Positions 35,155 through 45,422 of a stretch of 64,000 nt of DNA are shown here, piece after piece. Source of the DNA: an uncultured Pseudomonadales bacterium (GTDB taxonomy: Bacteria; Pseudomonadota; Gammaproteobacteria; Pseudomonadales; JANQJO01). Below the pieces are notes generated by a model, which saw only the letters and a program-made list of their open reading frames with translations, did not search any database and was not told the origin of the DNA. Made by a program: the position numbers and the translations under genes. The stretch is from contig CAZECE010000071.1 of assembly GCA_964510525.1 (NCBI GenBank), forward strand, positions 11,986 through 75,985, read 5' to 3'. The first letter of the stretch is position 1, and every line of letters begins with the position of its first letter.

Positions 35155-36894
35155 TCAGTTAGCAGATGTGTTGGGCTCAACCACAAAAGGATGCCGCATC
35201 ACGCATTGCTTGCCACTGGCCTTAGCCTCAATCAGAGCTTGACTGGCCAGTTTCTCCAAACACGGAGCTGGATTCAACCGCAAGGCCGTAGAATCCAGCT
35301 CATTTAATTCAGCAACACCTGCAGAGAATCCTGCCTGACATTGTTCGTTGCCAGAAAACTCAAAAATCCGACTTGAAAAACGATATAAAATGTCCGACAC
35401 CACCATCTTGGCATCCTCAACCGACGTATCAGGTAACACCAATGCAAAACGCCCCCCAGCGCATTTGGCAATAACATCGGAAGCACGCAGTCGATTTTTT
35501 AAGGCATCCGCCAATGCTTTTAAAATATCATCACCATGCAAATGCCCATACTGATCATTCAAACTTTTTAAATTATCGACATCAATAACACAAAGAGAAA
35601 GATTCGCCTGGTTACGAACAGCGTATTGAATTCTTTGCTCCAACGCCAAATCGTATGCAGACTGCGTGGTTAAATCGGTTAGAAAATCACGCGTGATTCT
35701 GCCAGTCAACCGGCGTGCTCGAATCAGCTTATGCGCCACAATCGACGAAAATTGTTTTTCATCAATCGGCTTATGCAACACATCATCGGCACCTAAATTT
35801 CTAGCGAGATAATCCGTTTCCGGTCGTGTATCCGAGGTCAACAATACAATCGGATGAGACGAGAACAAGTCGTGATTGCGTAAATATTTAATCGCTTCAA
35901 TGCCCGTCAGCTGAGACTCCAAAGCCATGTCAATAATAAACAAGTCAGGAGGACACACGGTGGCTTTCTCAATAAACTCATCAATATTGTTCGAAAAAAT
36001 CGTGTTAATGCCTAAAAACTTTAGGTTACTGGTCATTTTGTTAAAAACTGACGCATCGTCGTCTAACACAGCCACGGTCATCTCTCGTTCATGGCGTGCA
36101 TTCTGTTGATGATCCAGTAGATAGCTCACAACATCGCTCTTATTAACACAGCAGTCGGCTCCAAAACGAAAACTGGCTCTAACCGCATCCGGTGTCTTAT
36201 CGGCCGTAATAAAAACCACTTTGGGCTTCACACGCAATTGATCTAAATACTCTTTAAAAATGGCCATATTATTTTCATTGTGCTCAACACTGGATTGATT
36301 AACCACAATATGCAGCGATCGAACGCGAAGCGATTTTAAATCTTCAAAACTAACACACATTGATTTGTAAGACCTTAACTGCAACGCCTTGCACAGCTCA
36401 TTAAGATCTCCCACGAATAACGTATTAATAGACCAAAAGCCGTCTTTGGTGTCTTTGCTCACAGGTTCAGTTGATCCCGTCTGCTTTTCAGAAGCATCGA
36501 CTCCAGCAGAAACCTCTGCTTTCTCTTGTGACATGCCATGCGTAATACTGACCAGCTGTTCAGACTTAGCCGACAACAGATCCCGCATAATGGCGTCCAT
36601 CCCATCATGCTGAATGGACTCAAGTGCTCGCTCTAATAATCTAGCAATACGGGTGTGTTGCGGTTGACCATAACTGGTGGCAGTTGTTGCTATTTTATGA
36701 AGCGTTTGCTTAAGCCGAACCGTATCTTTAAGGCCTGCACTGCCACGAATCACATCGTCAATAATCGAAACCACCACGCGAACATCGCTTAATAAGCGCT
36801 GATTAAAAGATACCTTGCCTCGGTTTTCTAATTTACTTAAAAGAGCCTCTGCTGATCTTTGAGGATTGGATTCAACTGCTTCTTGACTATTCAT
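35155..36894 (-). CDS. Multidomain signalling protein: Hpt-like N-terminus, pseudo-receiver, receiver, degenerate GGDEF domain
   Basis: LHKIATTATSYG is an Hpt-like motif (tentative). The first REC-like domain has Asn at the phospho-site (HIVVNQ). The second REC is intact (VLDDD, FIIDM, LLTSD, HKP). The GGDEF domain is recognisable (DVDNLKSLNDQYGHLHGDD), with AGGRF at 35446-35460 in place of GGDEF and RASD (RxxD) at 35476-35487. Confidence 0.8.
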   Translation of the reverse strand: MNSQEAVESNPQRSAEALLSKLENRGKVSFNQRLLSDVRVVVSIIDDVIRGSAGLKDTVRLKQTLHKIATTATSYGQPQHTRIARLLERALESIQHDGMDAIMRDLLSAKSEQLVSITHGMSQEKAEVSAGVDASEKQTGSTEPVSKDTKDGFWSINTLFVGDLNELCKALQLRSYKSMCVSFEDLKSLRVRSLHIVVNQSSVEHNENNMAIFKEYLDQLRVKPKVVFITADKTPDAVRASFRFGADCCVNKSDVVSYLLDHQQNARHEREMTVAVLDDDASVFNKMTSNLKFLGINTIFSNNIDEFIEKATVCPPDLFIIDMALESQLTGIEAIKYLRNHDLFSSHPIVLLTSDTRPETDYLARNLGADDVLHKPIDEKQFSSIVAHKLIRARRLTGRITRDFLTDLTTQSAYDLALEQRIQYAVRNQANLSLCVIDVDNLKSLNDQYGHLHGDDILKALADALKNRLRASDVIAKCAGGRFALVLPDTSVEDAKMVVSDILYRFSSRIFEFSGNEQCQAGFSAGVAELNELDSTALRLNPAPCLEKLASQALIEAKASGKQCVMRHPFVVEPNTSAN

Positions 36895-37079
36895 ACAACG
36901 CCCACCTATAACTGCTGCCTTAGCCCAAATGACTTAAAGCAATATTCACTGCACCCTCTGAAGTGTAGGCACAACGCAGCGGTTGTTGAGCAAACCACTT
37001 AGGCTAAATCTGAGATTTGAGGAACAGGACACACCCTGTATAGGACTTAGGACTCATTCAATCAGAACACACGCAAAGA

Positions 37080-37826
37080 TCAGTCAGAACACACCTGACA
37101 AGCGGGATCGGCCACAATTCGAGTCTTACGGAACGCTTGTTGCCAAGCGTTCCAAGACAGCAAAAAGGGCTCAACTTGTTTTCGCTTAGGCAACAACAAC
37201 TTAATCGTTTCGACCACTTGCAGACCGCCAATCACGTTCGGTACCGGGACTAACACCCCAGATTCACTGCAACTGTCCGCTTCTTCGTCCAAACCCGGAA
37301 ACAAACAATGATAGCAAGGGGATGGCTGATGGGAAAAATCAAAGCTGGCCAACTGCCCTTCACCCCCAATAGCCGCACCACTGACCAAGGGAACCGACGC
37401 GGTCACACAGGCTTTATTGATGGCGTAACGTGTGGCAAAGTTGTCCGTGCAATCCAGCACCACATGGTATTCTGAAAGATCGTGCTCCGACGACCAACCG
37501 GCGAAGTCATTCACATAGCTCGTGATGGTGGCACTGGCGTTACGCGCTTTCAACGCCAAGGCTAAGGTACTTGCCTTAGGCTGCCCAATATCAGATTCAC
37601 AATAAGCAACCTGACGGCCTAAATTGCTCAGTTCAATGGCATCCGAATCCAACAAACTGATTCGACCAATACCACAGCCCACTAAGAGCAAAGCCGTGAT
37701 GGAACCCAAGCCCCCCAACCCCACCACCAAGACATTAGCGTCACACAACGCTTCTTGTCCTGCGATATCAATTTGAGGCAAAAAAACCTGCCGGCTGTGT
37801 CTGAGTAGAGCGTCATCATCAAACAT
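37080..37826 (-). CDS. moeB: ThiF/MoeB-family adenylyltransferase (molybdopterin-synthase adenylyltransferase-like)
   Basis: RHSRQVFLPQIDIAGQEAL, GLGGLGS nucleotide loop, two CxxC pairs (CYHC, CQVC). ATG 37826 is preferred over the track GTG 37832. Confidence 0.8.
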   Translation of the reverse strand: MFDDDALLRHSRQVFLPQIDIAGQEALCDANVLVVGLGGLGSITALLLVGCGIGRISLLDSDAIELSNLGRQVAYCESDIGQPKASTLALALKARNASATITSYVNDFAGWSSEHDLSEYHVVLDCTDNFATRYAINKACVTASVPLVSGAAIGGEGQLASFDFSHQPSPCYHCLFPGLDEEADSCSESGVLVPVPNVIGGLQVVETIKLLLPKRKQVEPFLLSWNAWQQAFRKTRIVADPACQVCSD

Positions 37827-37865
37827 AAACACAGGCCTTATTACTTATTTGAATCAAACCTTAAA

Positions 37866-38768
37866 TTAAACAACACCCACAATTTTTCCAATCGTGACAC
37901 GATCCAAACCGGCTAAATCTTGGAATGTATGCGATTCTTCAAAACCAACTTGCTGCATACGGCCACGAACCTCTTCAGCTTGACCCGAACCATGCTCCAG
38001 CATCAGCCAACCAGGACGTTGCAACACCCAGGTCGCTTGATCAATGATTTTAAATAAATCGGCATAACCCGAATCATCGCTGACCAATGCCTCGCGCGGC
38101 TCGAAGCCCATTTCAGGCGCTTGTAAGTGCGGATCACCTTCCGCAATATAAGGCGGATTGGCCATCACGATTCTAAATCGCTGCTGCCCCTCAAATGGCA
38201 ACAGCCAATCCGATTGGACCCAGTGCACATTAGTCGCTTTTCTCTTAACCGCATTCGCTGCTGCGCACGCTAATGCCGAACCGCTTTTGTCAACGCCAAC
38301 AACCGTGACCTGAGGAAATTCGTAAGCCAACGCCAAAGCCACAGCACCAGAACCTGTCCCTGCATCACATAACACAATGTCCTTGCCATAACCCATGCCA
38401 AGGATTTCTTCAACCACGGTCTTTACCGCCACTTCCACCAAAATTTCGGTTTCAGGGCGAGGAATTAACGTCTCAGACGATACCTGTAACTCCATATCCC
38501 AAAAATCTTTTTTACCAAGAATATAGGCCACCGGCTCACCTTTGGCGCGACGTTTAAACAGCCCCATGAATTGCTCACGTTCGCGAGGGAGCAGTATATA
38601 GTTATGAGACAAAATTAAGTTAGACCGCGACAACTTTAACACCGCAGCCAGCAACAGCTCCACATCCAAACGTGCTGTGGGTGATGGCGCATGAACCTCG
38701 AGCGGGTTCTCAAGAATGGGCGAAAAGCGAGTAATGGTGTCGTAGACAGAACCCGGCTCAATATTCAC
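37866..38768 (-). CDS. prmC: Release-factor glutamine N5-methyltransferase
   Basis: DAGTGSGAV SAM motif and NPPY. It lies directly downstream of prfA (GTG 3 nt after the stop). Confidence 0.9.
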   Translation of the reverse strand: MNIEPGSVYDTITRFSPILENPLEVHAPSPTARLDVELLLAAVLKLSRSNLILSHNYILLPREREQFMGLFKRRAKGEPVAYILGKKDFWDMELQVSSETLIPRPETEILVEVAVKTVVEEILGMGYGKDIVLCDAGTGSGAVALALAYEFPQVTVVGVDKSGSALACAAANAVKRKATNVHWVQSDWLLPFEGQQRFRIVMANPPYIAEGDPHLQAPEMGFEPREALVSDDSGYADLFKIIDQATWVLQRPGWLMLEHGSGQAEEVRGRMQQVGFEESHTFQDLAGLDRVTIGKIVGVV

Positions 38769-38771
38769 GTG

Positions 38772-39857
38772 TTACTCTTCTCCCATTTCAGCTAACAAGT
38801 CGGCTTGATGTTCTTGGTGTAGCGCATTCAAAACCTCATCCAAGCTACCCTCCATTATTTCAGGCAACTTGTATAGCGTTAAGTTAATACGATGATCCGT
38901 CACTCGGCCTTGCGGGTAATTATAGGTCCGAATCCGTTCAGATCGATCACCGCTGCCCACCAAAGAACGCCGTTGATCACTTTGAGATTGTGCTTGCTCC
39001 GAGCGCGCATGATCCAATAATTTCGCTTGCAACAACGACATCGCTTTGGCTTTATTTTTGTGCTGAGAACGCTCATCCTGACACTCAACCACCACCCCAG
39101 AAGGTAAATGCGTAATGCGAATCGCCGAATCCGTGGTGTTAACATGCTGGCCACCCGCCCCCGAAGAACGGAACGTGTCAATACGCAAATCATTACGATC
39201 AATATCAACGGACTCTACCGATTCCACTTCGGGCATGACCGCTACTGTGCACGCGGAAGTATGAATTCGACCTTGCGACTCAGTTACAGGGACTCGCTGA
39301 ACCCGATGCGCGCCAGATTCAAATTTCAAACGCGAATACACATCCACCCCACTGATGCGACCAATGATTTCTTTGTAACCTCCGTGCTCACCAGGGCTTT
39401 CACTGATCACTTCGATTCGCCAACGTTGTGACTCAGCATAACGACCATACATCCGGAACAAATCCCCTGAAAATAAGGCCGCTTCATCCCCTCCGGTACC
39501 GGCGCGAATTTCCAAAAAGATATTACGATGATCATTAGGGTCTTTCGGCAACATTAAAACCTGCAATTGATTGCTCAATGCTTCAAGCTTTGGCTGAGCC
39601 GCCGCAAATTCCTCTTCACCCATGGCTTTCATCTCGGCATCCGGCTCTTGCATCCAAAGCTGAGCTTGATCTGCATCGTCGGCCACCTGACGGTATTCGT
39701 TATAACATTGCACCACGGGCTCCAGCTCAGAATACTCAATGGAAAGACTGCGGAATTTATCTTGATCTTGCATCACATCCGGCTGACTCATCAGCACGCC
39801 TATCTCTTCGTAGCGCTCACTGAGTCTCGCCAACTTTGCAAAAATGGAGGGTTTCAT
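38772..39857 (-). CDS. prfA: Peptide chain release factor 1
   Basis: PVT tripeptide anticodon ([10 protein letters not shown]) and [11 protein letters not shown]. Confidence 0.97.
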   Translation of the reverse strand: MKPSIFAKLARLSERYEEIGVLMSQPDVMQDQDKFRSLSIEYSELEPVVQCYNEYRQVADDADQAQLWMQEPDAEMKAMGEEEFAAAQPKLEALSNQLQVLMLPKDPNDHRNIFLEIRAGTGGDEAALFSGDLFRMYGRYAESQRWRIEVISESPGEHGGYKEIIGRISGVDVYSRLKFESGAHRVQRVPVTESQGRIHTSACTVAVMPEVESVESVDIDRNDLRIDTFRSSGAGGQHVNTTDSAIRITHLPSGVVVECQDERSQHKNKAKAMSLLQAKLLDHARSEQAQSQSDQRRSLVGSGDRSERIRTYNYPQGRVTDHRINLTLYKLPEIMEGSLDEVLNALHQEHQADLLAEMGEE

Positions 39858-39912
39858 AAAAAGCCTTTCTATAACCTATAAAAATTAATCTATAACAGGG
39901 TCTATCTTCGAA

Positions 39913-41193
39913 TTATTGATCTGATCGATCATCTAATGTATCTGAATGGCCCAGCAATAACTGACGCGCATTGGCCAACGCATCTACGTGACCCCGTTCC
40001 GCCAATTTACGCATTTCAACCGTTGGGGCATGCATGATTTTATTAATCAAGTCGTGACCGTAGCGTTTCAGTACTTCTTCGGGCGATCGCCCTTGCTCCA
40101 ATGCTTTAGTCGCTTTTGCTATCTCAGATTGGGCTAACGCCTCTAAGCTGTCGCGATAAGCCCGCACCACCTCAGATGCTTGCCAGGTTTGCACAGCATG
40201 ACGGTATTCACTGGCTTTATGGGCCACCAGAGTTTCAGCCGCTTCTGCCGCACTGAGACGTTGTGCTTTATGATCCGATATAACCGACTGCAAATCATCC
40301 ACGGTATAAACAAACACATTAGCAATCTCATCCACTGCCGGCTCAACATCCCGAGGAACAGCCAAATCAATCACAAACATCGACTCGTATTTACGCTGCT
40401 TCATGGCCTTTTCAACGATCCCTTTACCCACGATAGGCACTGGACTGCCCGTACAACTCACCACAATATCCGCATCAGGCAGCTGGTTGGCCAAGTCTTC
40501 TAACACCAATGCCTCACCACCCACCTTATCCGCCAAACGTTGTGCACGCTCCAATGTGCGATTCACCACCTTCATTTGACAAACGCCCGCCGACTTAAAG
40601 TGCATCGCGACCAACTCAATGGTCTCACCAGCCCCCACCAAAAGAGCCTTTTTTTCACTCAAATGATTAAAAATTCGTTTGGCCAGCAACACAGACGTAG
40701 ACGCCACAGACACAGGGTTAACACCAATATCCGTTTCGGTTCGAACTTGTTTTGCGACTCGAAAGCCAAAATCAAATAAATGACGTAAATTACGGCCCAA
40801 GGTCCCCTGCTGTTCCGCCTGCTGATACGCTTCTTTGATTTGACCTAAAATCTGTGGTTCACCGACCACCATGGAATCTAAGCCACTGGCCACTCTTAGC
40901 AAATGCTTTACCGCTACTTCATCTGAGAATTCGTAGGTTAACGCTTTTAACTGCCGGACACTGCCACGCCTGATATCACTCCACCAGCCCAGAAGGTGAT
41001 CCGTTTTAAGCCGATTGACCTTCAAGTAAAACTCAACGCGATTGCACGTTGAAACAATAGCGGTTTCATCCACCCACTGCTGCGACTGAAGCTCACTAAG
41101 GAGATCGGGCATTTGCTCAGGCAAAAATACCCACTGCTCCCGCTCATCTATCGGAGCCGTTTTATGGCTCAACCCTAAAGTCAATAACGTCAT
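39913..41193 (-). CDS. hemA: Glutamyl-tRNA reductase
   Basis: STCNRVEFY catalytic Cys and LVGAGETIEL NADPH loop. Part of the hemA-prfA-prmC order. Confidence 0.95.
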   Translation of the reverse strand: MTLLTLGLSHKTAPIDEREQWVFLPEQMPDLLSELQSQQWVDETAIVSTCNRVEFYLKVNRLKTDHLLGWWSDIRRGSVRQLKALTYEFSDEVAVKHLLRVASGLDSMVVGEPQILGQIKEAYQQAEQQGTLGRNLRHLFDFGFRVAKQVRTETDIGVNPVSVASTSVLLAKRIFNHLSEKKALLVGAGETIELVAMHFKSAGVCQMKVVNRTLERAQRLADKVGGEALVLEDLANQLPDADIVVSCTGSPVPIVGKGIVEKAMKQRKYESMFVIDLAVPRDVEPAVDEIANVFVYTVDDLQSVISDHKAQRLSAAEAAETLVAHKASEYRHAVQTWQASEVVRAYRDSLEALAQSEIAKATKALEQGRSPEEVLKRYGHDLINKIMHAPTVEMRKLAERGHVDALANARQLLLGHSDTLDDRSDQ

Positions 41194-41283
41194 AATTCTG
41201 GAAGTATTTCTACGCTGTTGGTATTAACTCCGCTATTATTAAGCAGACAGTTATAGCTCAATCAAACAACTATTAGGTTAAGA

Positions 41284-43149
41284 ATGAATCCATTACTAAC
41301 AATCATTTTAGTACTGATGGTGTTAATGAGTGGCTGCCAAACGGCCCCTCAATCAGAATCCAACCGTCTTTCAACTAAAAACACCCAAGATAACGCTCAA
41401 GAAAGTGTAAAAAACAAACAAAAGCAACCAAAAAACATCACCATTAAATCGGGTAGCCTTAAATCTAGCGAGCCCTCTTCAGATCTAACAATAACGTCAA
41501 ACCCGAGATTAAAAGCAAATTTAGAGCAGAAATCGACGGCCGTTAAAGCTCCCGACCTGGAAGCGGAATCTTTATACGACCTTCTGACAGCAGAATTAGC
41601 TGGCAAACAAAATCGGTTGGATATTACGCTAGGCAACTACTTGAAACAAGCACATAAGACCCGCGACCCACAGATTGTTCGACGTACTACCCGAATTGCT
41701 CGCTTCATGAAAGCGCATCAAGCCACACTGGATGCCGCCAAACTTTGGGTCGAAATTGAACCCAACAATGAAGAGGCCTTGCAAACCCTGACCATGCAAT
41801 TGGTTCAAAAAGGCGATTTTGAAACCGCCTTTTTATACATAGATCGTTTAATTGACAACCAAGCAACCGCTAACTTTGATTTCCTCGTCGTTCAAGTGAA
41901 TCAACTGCCTATTCAACGTCGTACAGAAGTCTTGAAAGCATTTGACACGCTGCTCGATAAGCACCCAAAAAACCCGCAACTTTGGCTAACAAAAGCGCTT
42001 ATTCTGCAACAAAATGATCAACTGAAAGACGCGTTAAAAGCAGCGCAATTAAGTTTAGAAATCGAATCCAGCTACATTGCCGCCAGTATTTTAGAAGCCA
42101 ATTTACTCAATCAACTCGGCAAAACAGATACGGCAATCAAAAAACTGAAAAGCACTGTTAAGAAAAATCCGGATCATAAACAGCTAACCATCGTATACGC
42201 ACGACTCCTCATACAAACGGATCAGCTCAAAGCAGCGCAAGCCCAGTTTGCCAGCCTAGTAAAAAAGAACCCTGACGATGACGACCTTGTACTTTCTATG
42301 GCGTTACTCTCTTGGGAAAACAAACTCAACAAACAAGCCAAAAAATACCTTGAAACACTGATCTCTGAAGGCCGCAAGGTCGACACAGCGCACCTCTATC
42401 TGGCTCAAATATACGAAGATGAACAGAACAATGAGCAGGCCATCAAGCATTACCAACAAATCTCATTGGGCCCATTGTTTGCTAACTCTCAAATTGCACT
42501 GGCGGCACTGCAACAGCGTGACAATAAAATGCCAGACGCTAGACAAACACTAGCAGCAGCCCGATCTTTGTTGCCTCAACAAGCCATCAATTTTTATGCC
42601 GCAGAAGCCGAACTTCTGGATAAAGACGCTCAAACAGACGCCGCGTTTAAGCTGCTTGGTGAAGCCTTATTGGAGTTTCCAAATGACACCAGCCTTCTTT
42701 ACTCCAGGGCGATGCTGCATGAACAAAATGACCATTTAGCTGCGATGGAAAAAGACTTGAGAAAAATTCTGGCCATCAAACCCAACAGTGCGCTTGCACT
42801 CAATGCCTTGGGTTATACCCTAGCAGACCGGACCGAGCGCTTTGATGAAGCCTTAGACTTAATCAGCAAAGCCCTTTCCATTAAACCGAATGACCCCGCC
42901 ATTTTAGACAGCATGGGCTGGGTGCACTTCAAACTCAACAATCATCAAGTGGCCTTACAGTATTTGCAGAAAGCCTATCAAATGCTCAAAGATCATGAAA
43001 TTGCCGCTCACTTAGGTGAAGTCCTTTGGCAGTCCGGCAAAGAAAAGCAAGCCAAGCGCATTTGGCGAGAAGGCCTTAAAAACACCCCAGAAAGCACTCC
43101 TTTAACATCAACCCTGCAGCGACTCTGGCCAGAAGGCATCAAACCTTAG
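41284..43149 (+). CDS. TPR-repeat lipoprotein (conserved neighbour upstream of lolB)
   Basis: Lipobox LMSGC followed by many TPR-like repeats (ALNALGYTLADR, ILDSMGWVHFKLNNHQVALQYLQKA). Confidence 0.75.
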   Translation: MNPLLTIILVLMVLMSGCQTAPQSESNRLSTKNTQDNAQESVKNKQKQPKNITIKSGSLKSSEPSSDLTITSNPRLKANLEQKSTAVKAPDLEAESLYDLLTAELAGKQNRLDITLGNYLKQAHKTRDPQIVRRTTRIARFMKAHQATLDAAKLWVEIEPNNEEALQTLTMQLVQKGDFETAFLYIDRLIDNQATANFDFLVVQVNQLPIQRRTEVLKAFDTLLDKHPKNPQLWLTKALILQQNDQLKDALKAAQLSLEIESSYIAASILEANLLNQLGKTDTAIKKLKSTVKKNPDHKQLTIVYARLLIQTDQLKAAQAQFASLVKKNPDDDDLVLSMALLSWENKLNKQAKKYLETLISEGRKVDTAHLYLAQIYEDEQNNEQAIKHYQQISLGPLFANSQIALAALQQRDNKMPDARQTLAAARSLLPQQAINFYAAEAELLDKDAQTDAAFKLLGEALLEFPNDTSLLYSRAMLHEQNDHLAAMEKDLRKILAIKPNSALALNALGYTLADRTERFDEALDLISKALSIKPNDPAILDSMGWVHFKLNNHQVALQYLQKAYQMLKDHEIAAHLGEVLWQSGKEKQAKRIWREGLKNTPESTPLTSTLQRLWPEGIKP

Positions 43150-43150
43150 C

Positions 43151-43870
43151 GTGCTAGCCACCTCACCCTCACTCCAATCTAACTTGTTTAGGTTTCGTGT
43201 CTTTCGTAGGCTCGTCATCCTGACGTCGATCTTGGCTCTCACTAACTGCACTCAGATACCTACAAAACAAACAAGTACGCTGACCAAAGAGCAGCAGCAC
43301 TATCTAAACACCCAAAACCAATTACGCACAAACATAAAAACGTGGGCGCTAGTAGGTAAAACCTCGACCCAAATCAAACCCAAAAAACGCGTCATCGCCT
43401 TGGTCAATTGGCAGCAACAAGCAAAGCAAATTTACCAAGTAATCATTCAAGGCCCATTGGGAGCAGGCAGGATTCAGCTTAGCAGTGAAACGAACCCAAA
43501 CACAGGCGAACACCAGGTTCGTTTGACGACCCAAAAAAACGAATTAATCACCACCACCCCTCAGCAAACTCTTCACCAAGAGACAGGATTAAACCTGCCG
43601 ATTAACGCACTGCCCTGGTGGTTAAAAGGTTTACCAGAACCCAGCGTGATCCACACCATTACTAAAAGCCAGCCCAGTGGCCTGACCGAGCGCTTTTCTC
43701 AACACAACTGGACCATCCGCTACGCCGAGTTTACCCAAGTACAAACACCTGAAGGAACACCCGTTTTTTTGCCCAAAAAAGTCTATCTCGACGGACAAAA
43801 AGCCGGCAACACCGTTTCGATGAAATGGGTTATTACTCAGTGGGACGTTTCGTTCACCGATCCAATCTGA
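43151..43870 (+). CDS. lolB: Outer-membrane lipoprotein receptor LolB
   Basis: Lipobox LTNC and LPINALPWWLKGLP (compare E. coli MPIPLNSLRQWILGLP). GTG start 1 nt after the upstream stop. Confidence 0.8.
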   Translation: MLATSPSLQSNLFRFRVFRRLVILTSILALTNCTQIPTKQTSTLTKEQQHYLNTQNQLRTNIKTWALVGKTSTQIKPKKRVIALVNWQQQAKQIYQVIIQGPLGAGRIQLSSETNPNTGEHQVRLTTQKNELITTTPQQTLHQETGLNLPINALPWWLKGLPEPSVIHTITKSQPSGLTERFSQHNWTIRYAEFTQVQTPEGTPVFLPKKVYLDGQKAGNTVSMKWVITQWDVSFTDPI

Positions 43871-44778
43871 GCAGACACTCGCTCAGCAATCACAGCACGC
43901 AACGCTCGACGCCAATGACGTGGCGCACGCCCCAGTATCTCAATCGTCTCTGACTTATCCAACACACTGTAAGCAGGACGTTTAGCCGGTGTGGGAAAAT
44001 GTTCTGTGGTGACCGGCTCAATCAAGGCCCTATTCATCAGCAACTTAGCCGCCGTCGCCTCTTCTTGAATCGCCACGGCAAAATCGTACCAACTGGCCAC
44101 ACCAGCGTCCGTCCAATGCTGAATGCCCGACACCTGAGGTTGCTCAACCAAATGCCAAAGCGCATCGGCCATATCCAGCGCCGAGGTAGGACTTCCAACT
44201 TGATCACATACCACGCGTAACTGAGGTTTTTCGGCCATCAGTTTCAGCATGGTATTCAAAAAGTTTTTACCCAAATTTGAATACAACCAAGCCGTACGCA
44301 CCACGGTCCAATCCAAATCTTTGTAGCGCATCAACTGCTGCTCACCGGCCAATTTACTGGCACCGTAAACGTTAATGGGACTGGTGTGGTCGGTTAAGCG
44401 CATCGGCACAGAGGACTGCCCTGAAAAAACATAATCAGTCGAGACATGAATTAAGCGCGCCTTTATGCGCTCACAAACCTCAGCCAACACACCAACAGCA
44501 CGGCCATTGACCTCAAAGGCCAAAGACTCTGCCTGCTCAGCATGATCAACCGCCGTATAAGCGGCCGTGTTGATCACCACCTGAGGTTTGAATGCTTCCA
44601 GCTGACTCGCGACCAGGGCCGCATCCAGCAAATCAAACTCAGGTAAATCAAACCCCTTCACCTCATAGATCGATTCTGAGCCATTAGCGGAAGCATGGCT
44701 TAGCAAATGCTGACCTAACTGACCATTGGCCCCTAAGATGGCAACTTTTGGCTTATTAAACTCTTTTACCAGACTCAC
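43837..44778 (-). CDS. rfbD: dTDP-4-dehydrorhamnose reductase
   Basis: ILGANGQLG Rossmann loop, YGASKLAGE catalytic YxxxK. GTG start with GAGGG SD. The 3' end overlaps the lolB 3' end by 34 bp. Confidence 0.85.
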   Translation of the reverse strand: MSLVKEFNKPKVAILGANGQLGQHLLSHASANGSESIYEVKGFDLPEFDLLDAALVASQLEAFKPQVVINTAAYTAVDHAEQAESLAFEVNGRAVGVLAEVCERIKARLIHVSTDYVFSGQSSVPMRLTDHTSPINVYGASKLAGEQQLMRYKDLDWTVVRTAWLYSNLGKNFLNTMLKLMAEKPQLRVVCDQVGSPTSALDMADALWHLVEQPQVSGIQHWTDAGVASWYDFAVAIQEEATAAKLLMNRALIEPVTTEHFPTPAKRPAYSVLDKSETIEILGRAPRHWRRALRAVIAERVSAQIGSVNETSH

Positions 44779-44849
44779 GATGCAACCCTCTTCACTGCTA
44801 AATACGGTATCTTTTCTGTTAGTTCTTCGTAGTTATTTCTTCGTAAAAT

Positions 44850-45395
44850 TTATATAGGCGTACAATCGGAAAACGCACACCCTTGTAAATCTTTAGGGGA
44901 GACATTGGGAACTTGGCCATTCAGAGGCCAATCGATCGCCAAGTCAGCGTCATCCCATAAAATGCCTTGCTCCAAATCGGGCGCATAGACATCCGTGCAT
45001 TTATAAACCACTTCGGCTTCGGGCGTTAACGTATAAAACCCGTGTGCAAAACCTGCCGGAATCCAGAGCTGGTTTTTTTGCTCAGCACTTAAAGTCAACG
45101 CAACCCACTGACCATAAGTTGAAGAAGCCTTACGAATATCGACCGCAACATCCCAAATTTCCCCACGAATGCAACGCACCAGTTTACCCTGCATTTGCGG
45201 CGCTAACTGATAATGCAAACCTCGTAACACACCTTGAGTAGAAAAGCTGTGATTGTCCTGCACGAAGATATCAGGAAGGCCCAGTTCAGCAAACTTAGGC
45301 TGATGATAGGTTTCCATGAAAAAACCCCGCTCATCGCCCCAAACTTTGGGAATGATTTCAATCACATCAGGTATTTTGGTGGGTTTAAACTCCAT
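44850..45395 (-). CDS. rfbC: dTDP-4-dehydrorhamnose 3,5-epimerase
   Basis: GDERGFFMETY, LRGLHYQ, GFAHGF cupin motifs. Confidence 0.9.
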   Translation of the reverse strand: MEFKPTKIPDVIEIIPKVWGDERGFFMETYHQPKFAELGLPDIFVQDNHSFSTQGVLRGLHYQLAPQMQGKLVRCIRGEIWDVAVDIRKASSTYGQWVALTLSAEQKNQLWIPAGFAHGFYTLTPEAEVVYKCTDVYAPDLEQGILWDDADLAIDWPLNGQVPNVSPKDLQGCAFSDCTPI

Positions 45396-45422
45396 GCGCT
45401 TATTCTCTCTTAATAATCTTTC

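Noticed and set aside
37062-37092. Direct repeat TCAGAACACAC x2 at the moeB 3' end.
   Set aside because: It is an 11-bp repeat, one copy being the last codons plus the stop of moeB. It is too short to distinguish from chance and no function is suggested.
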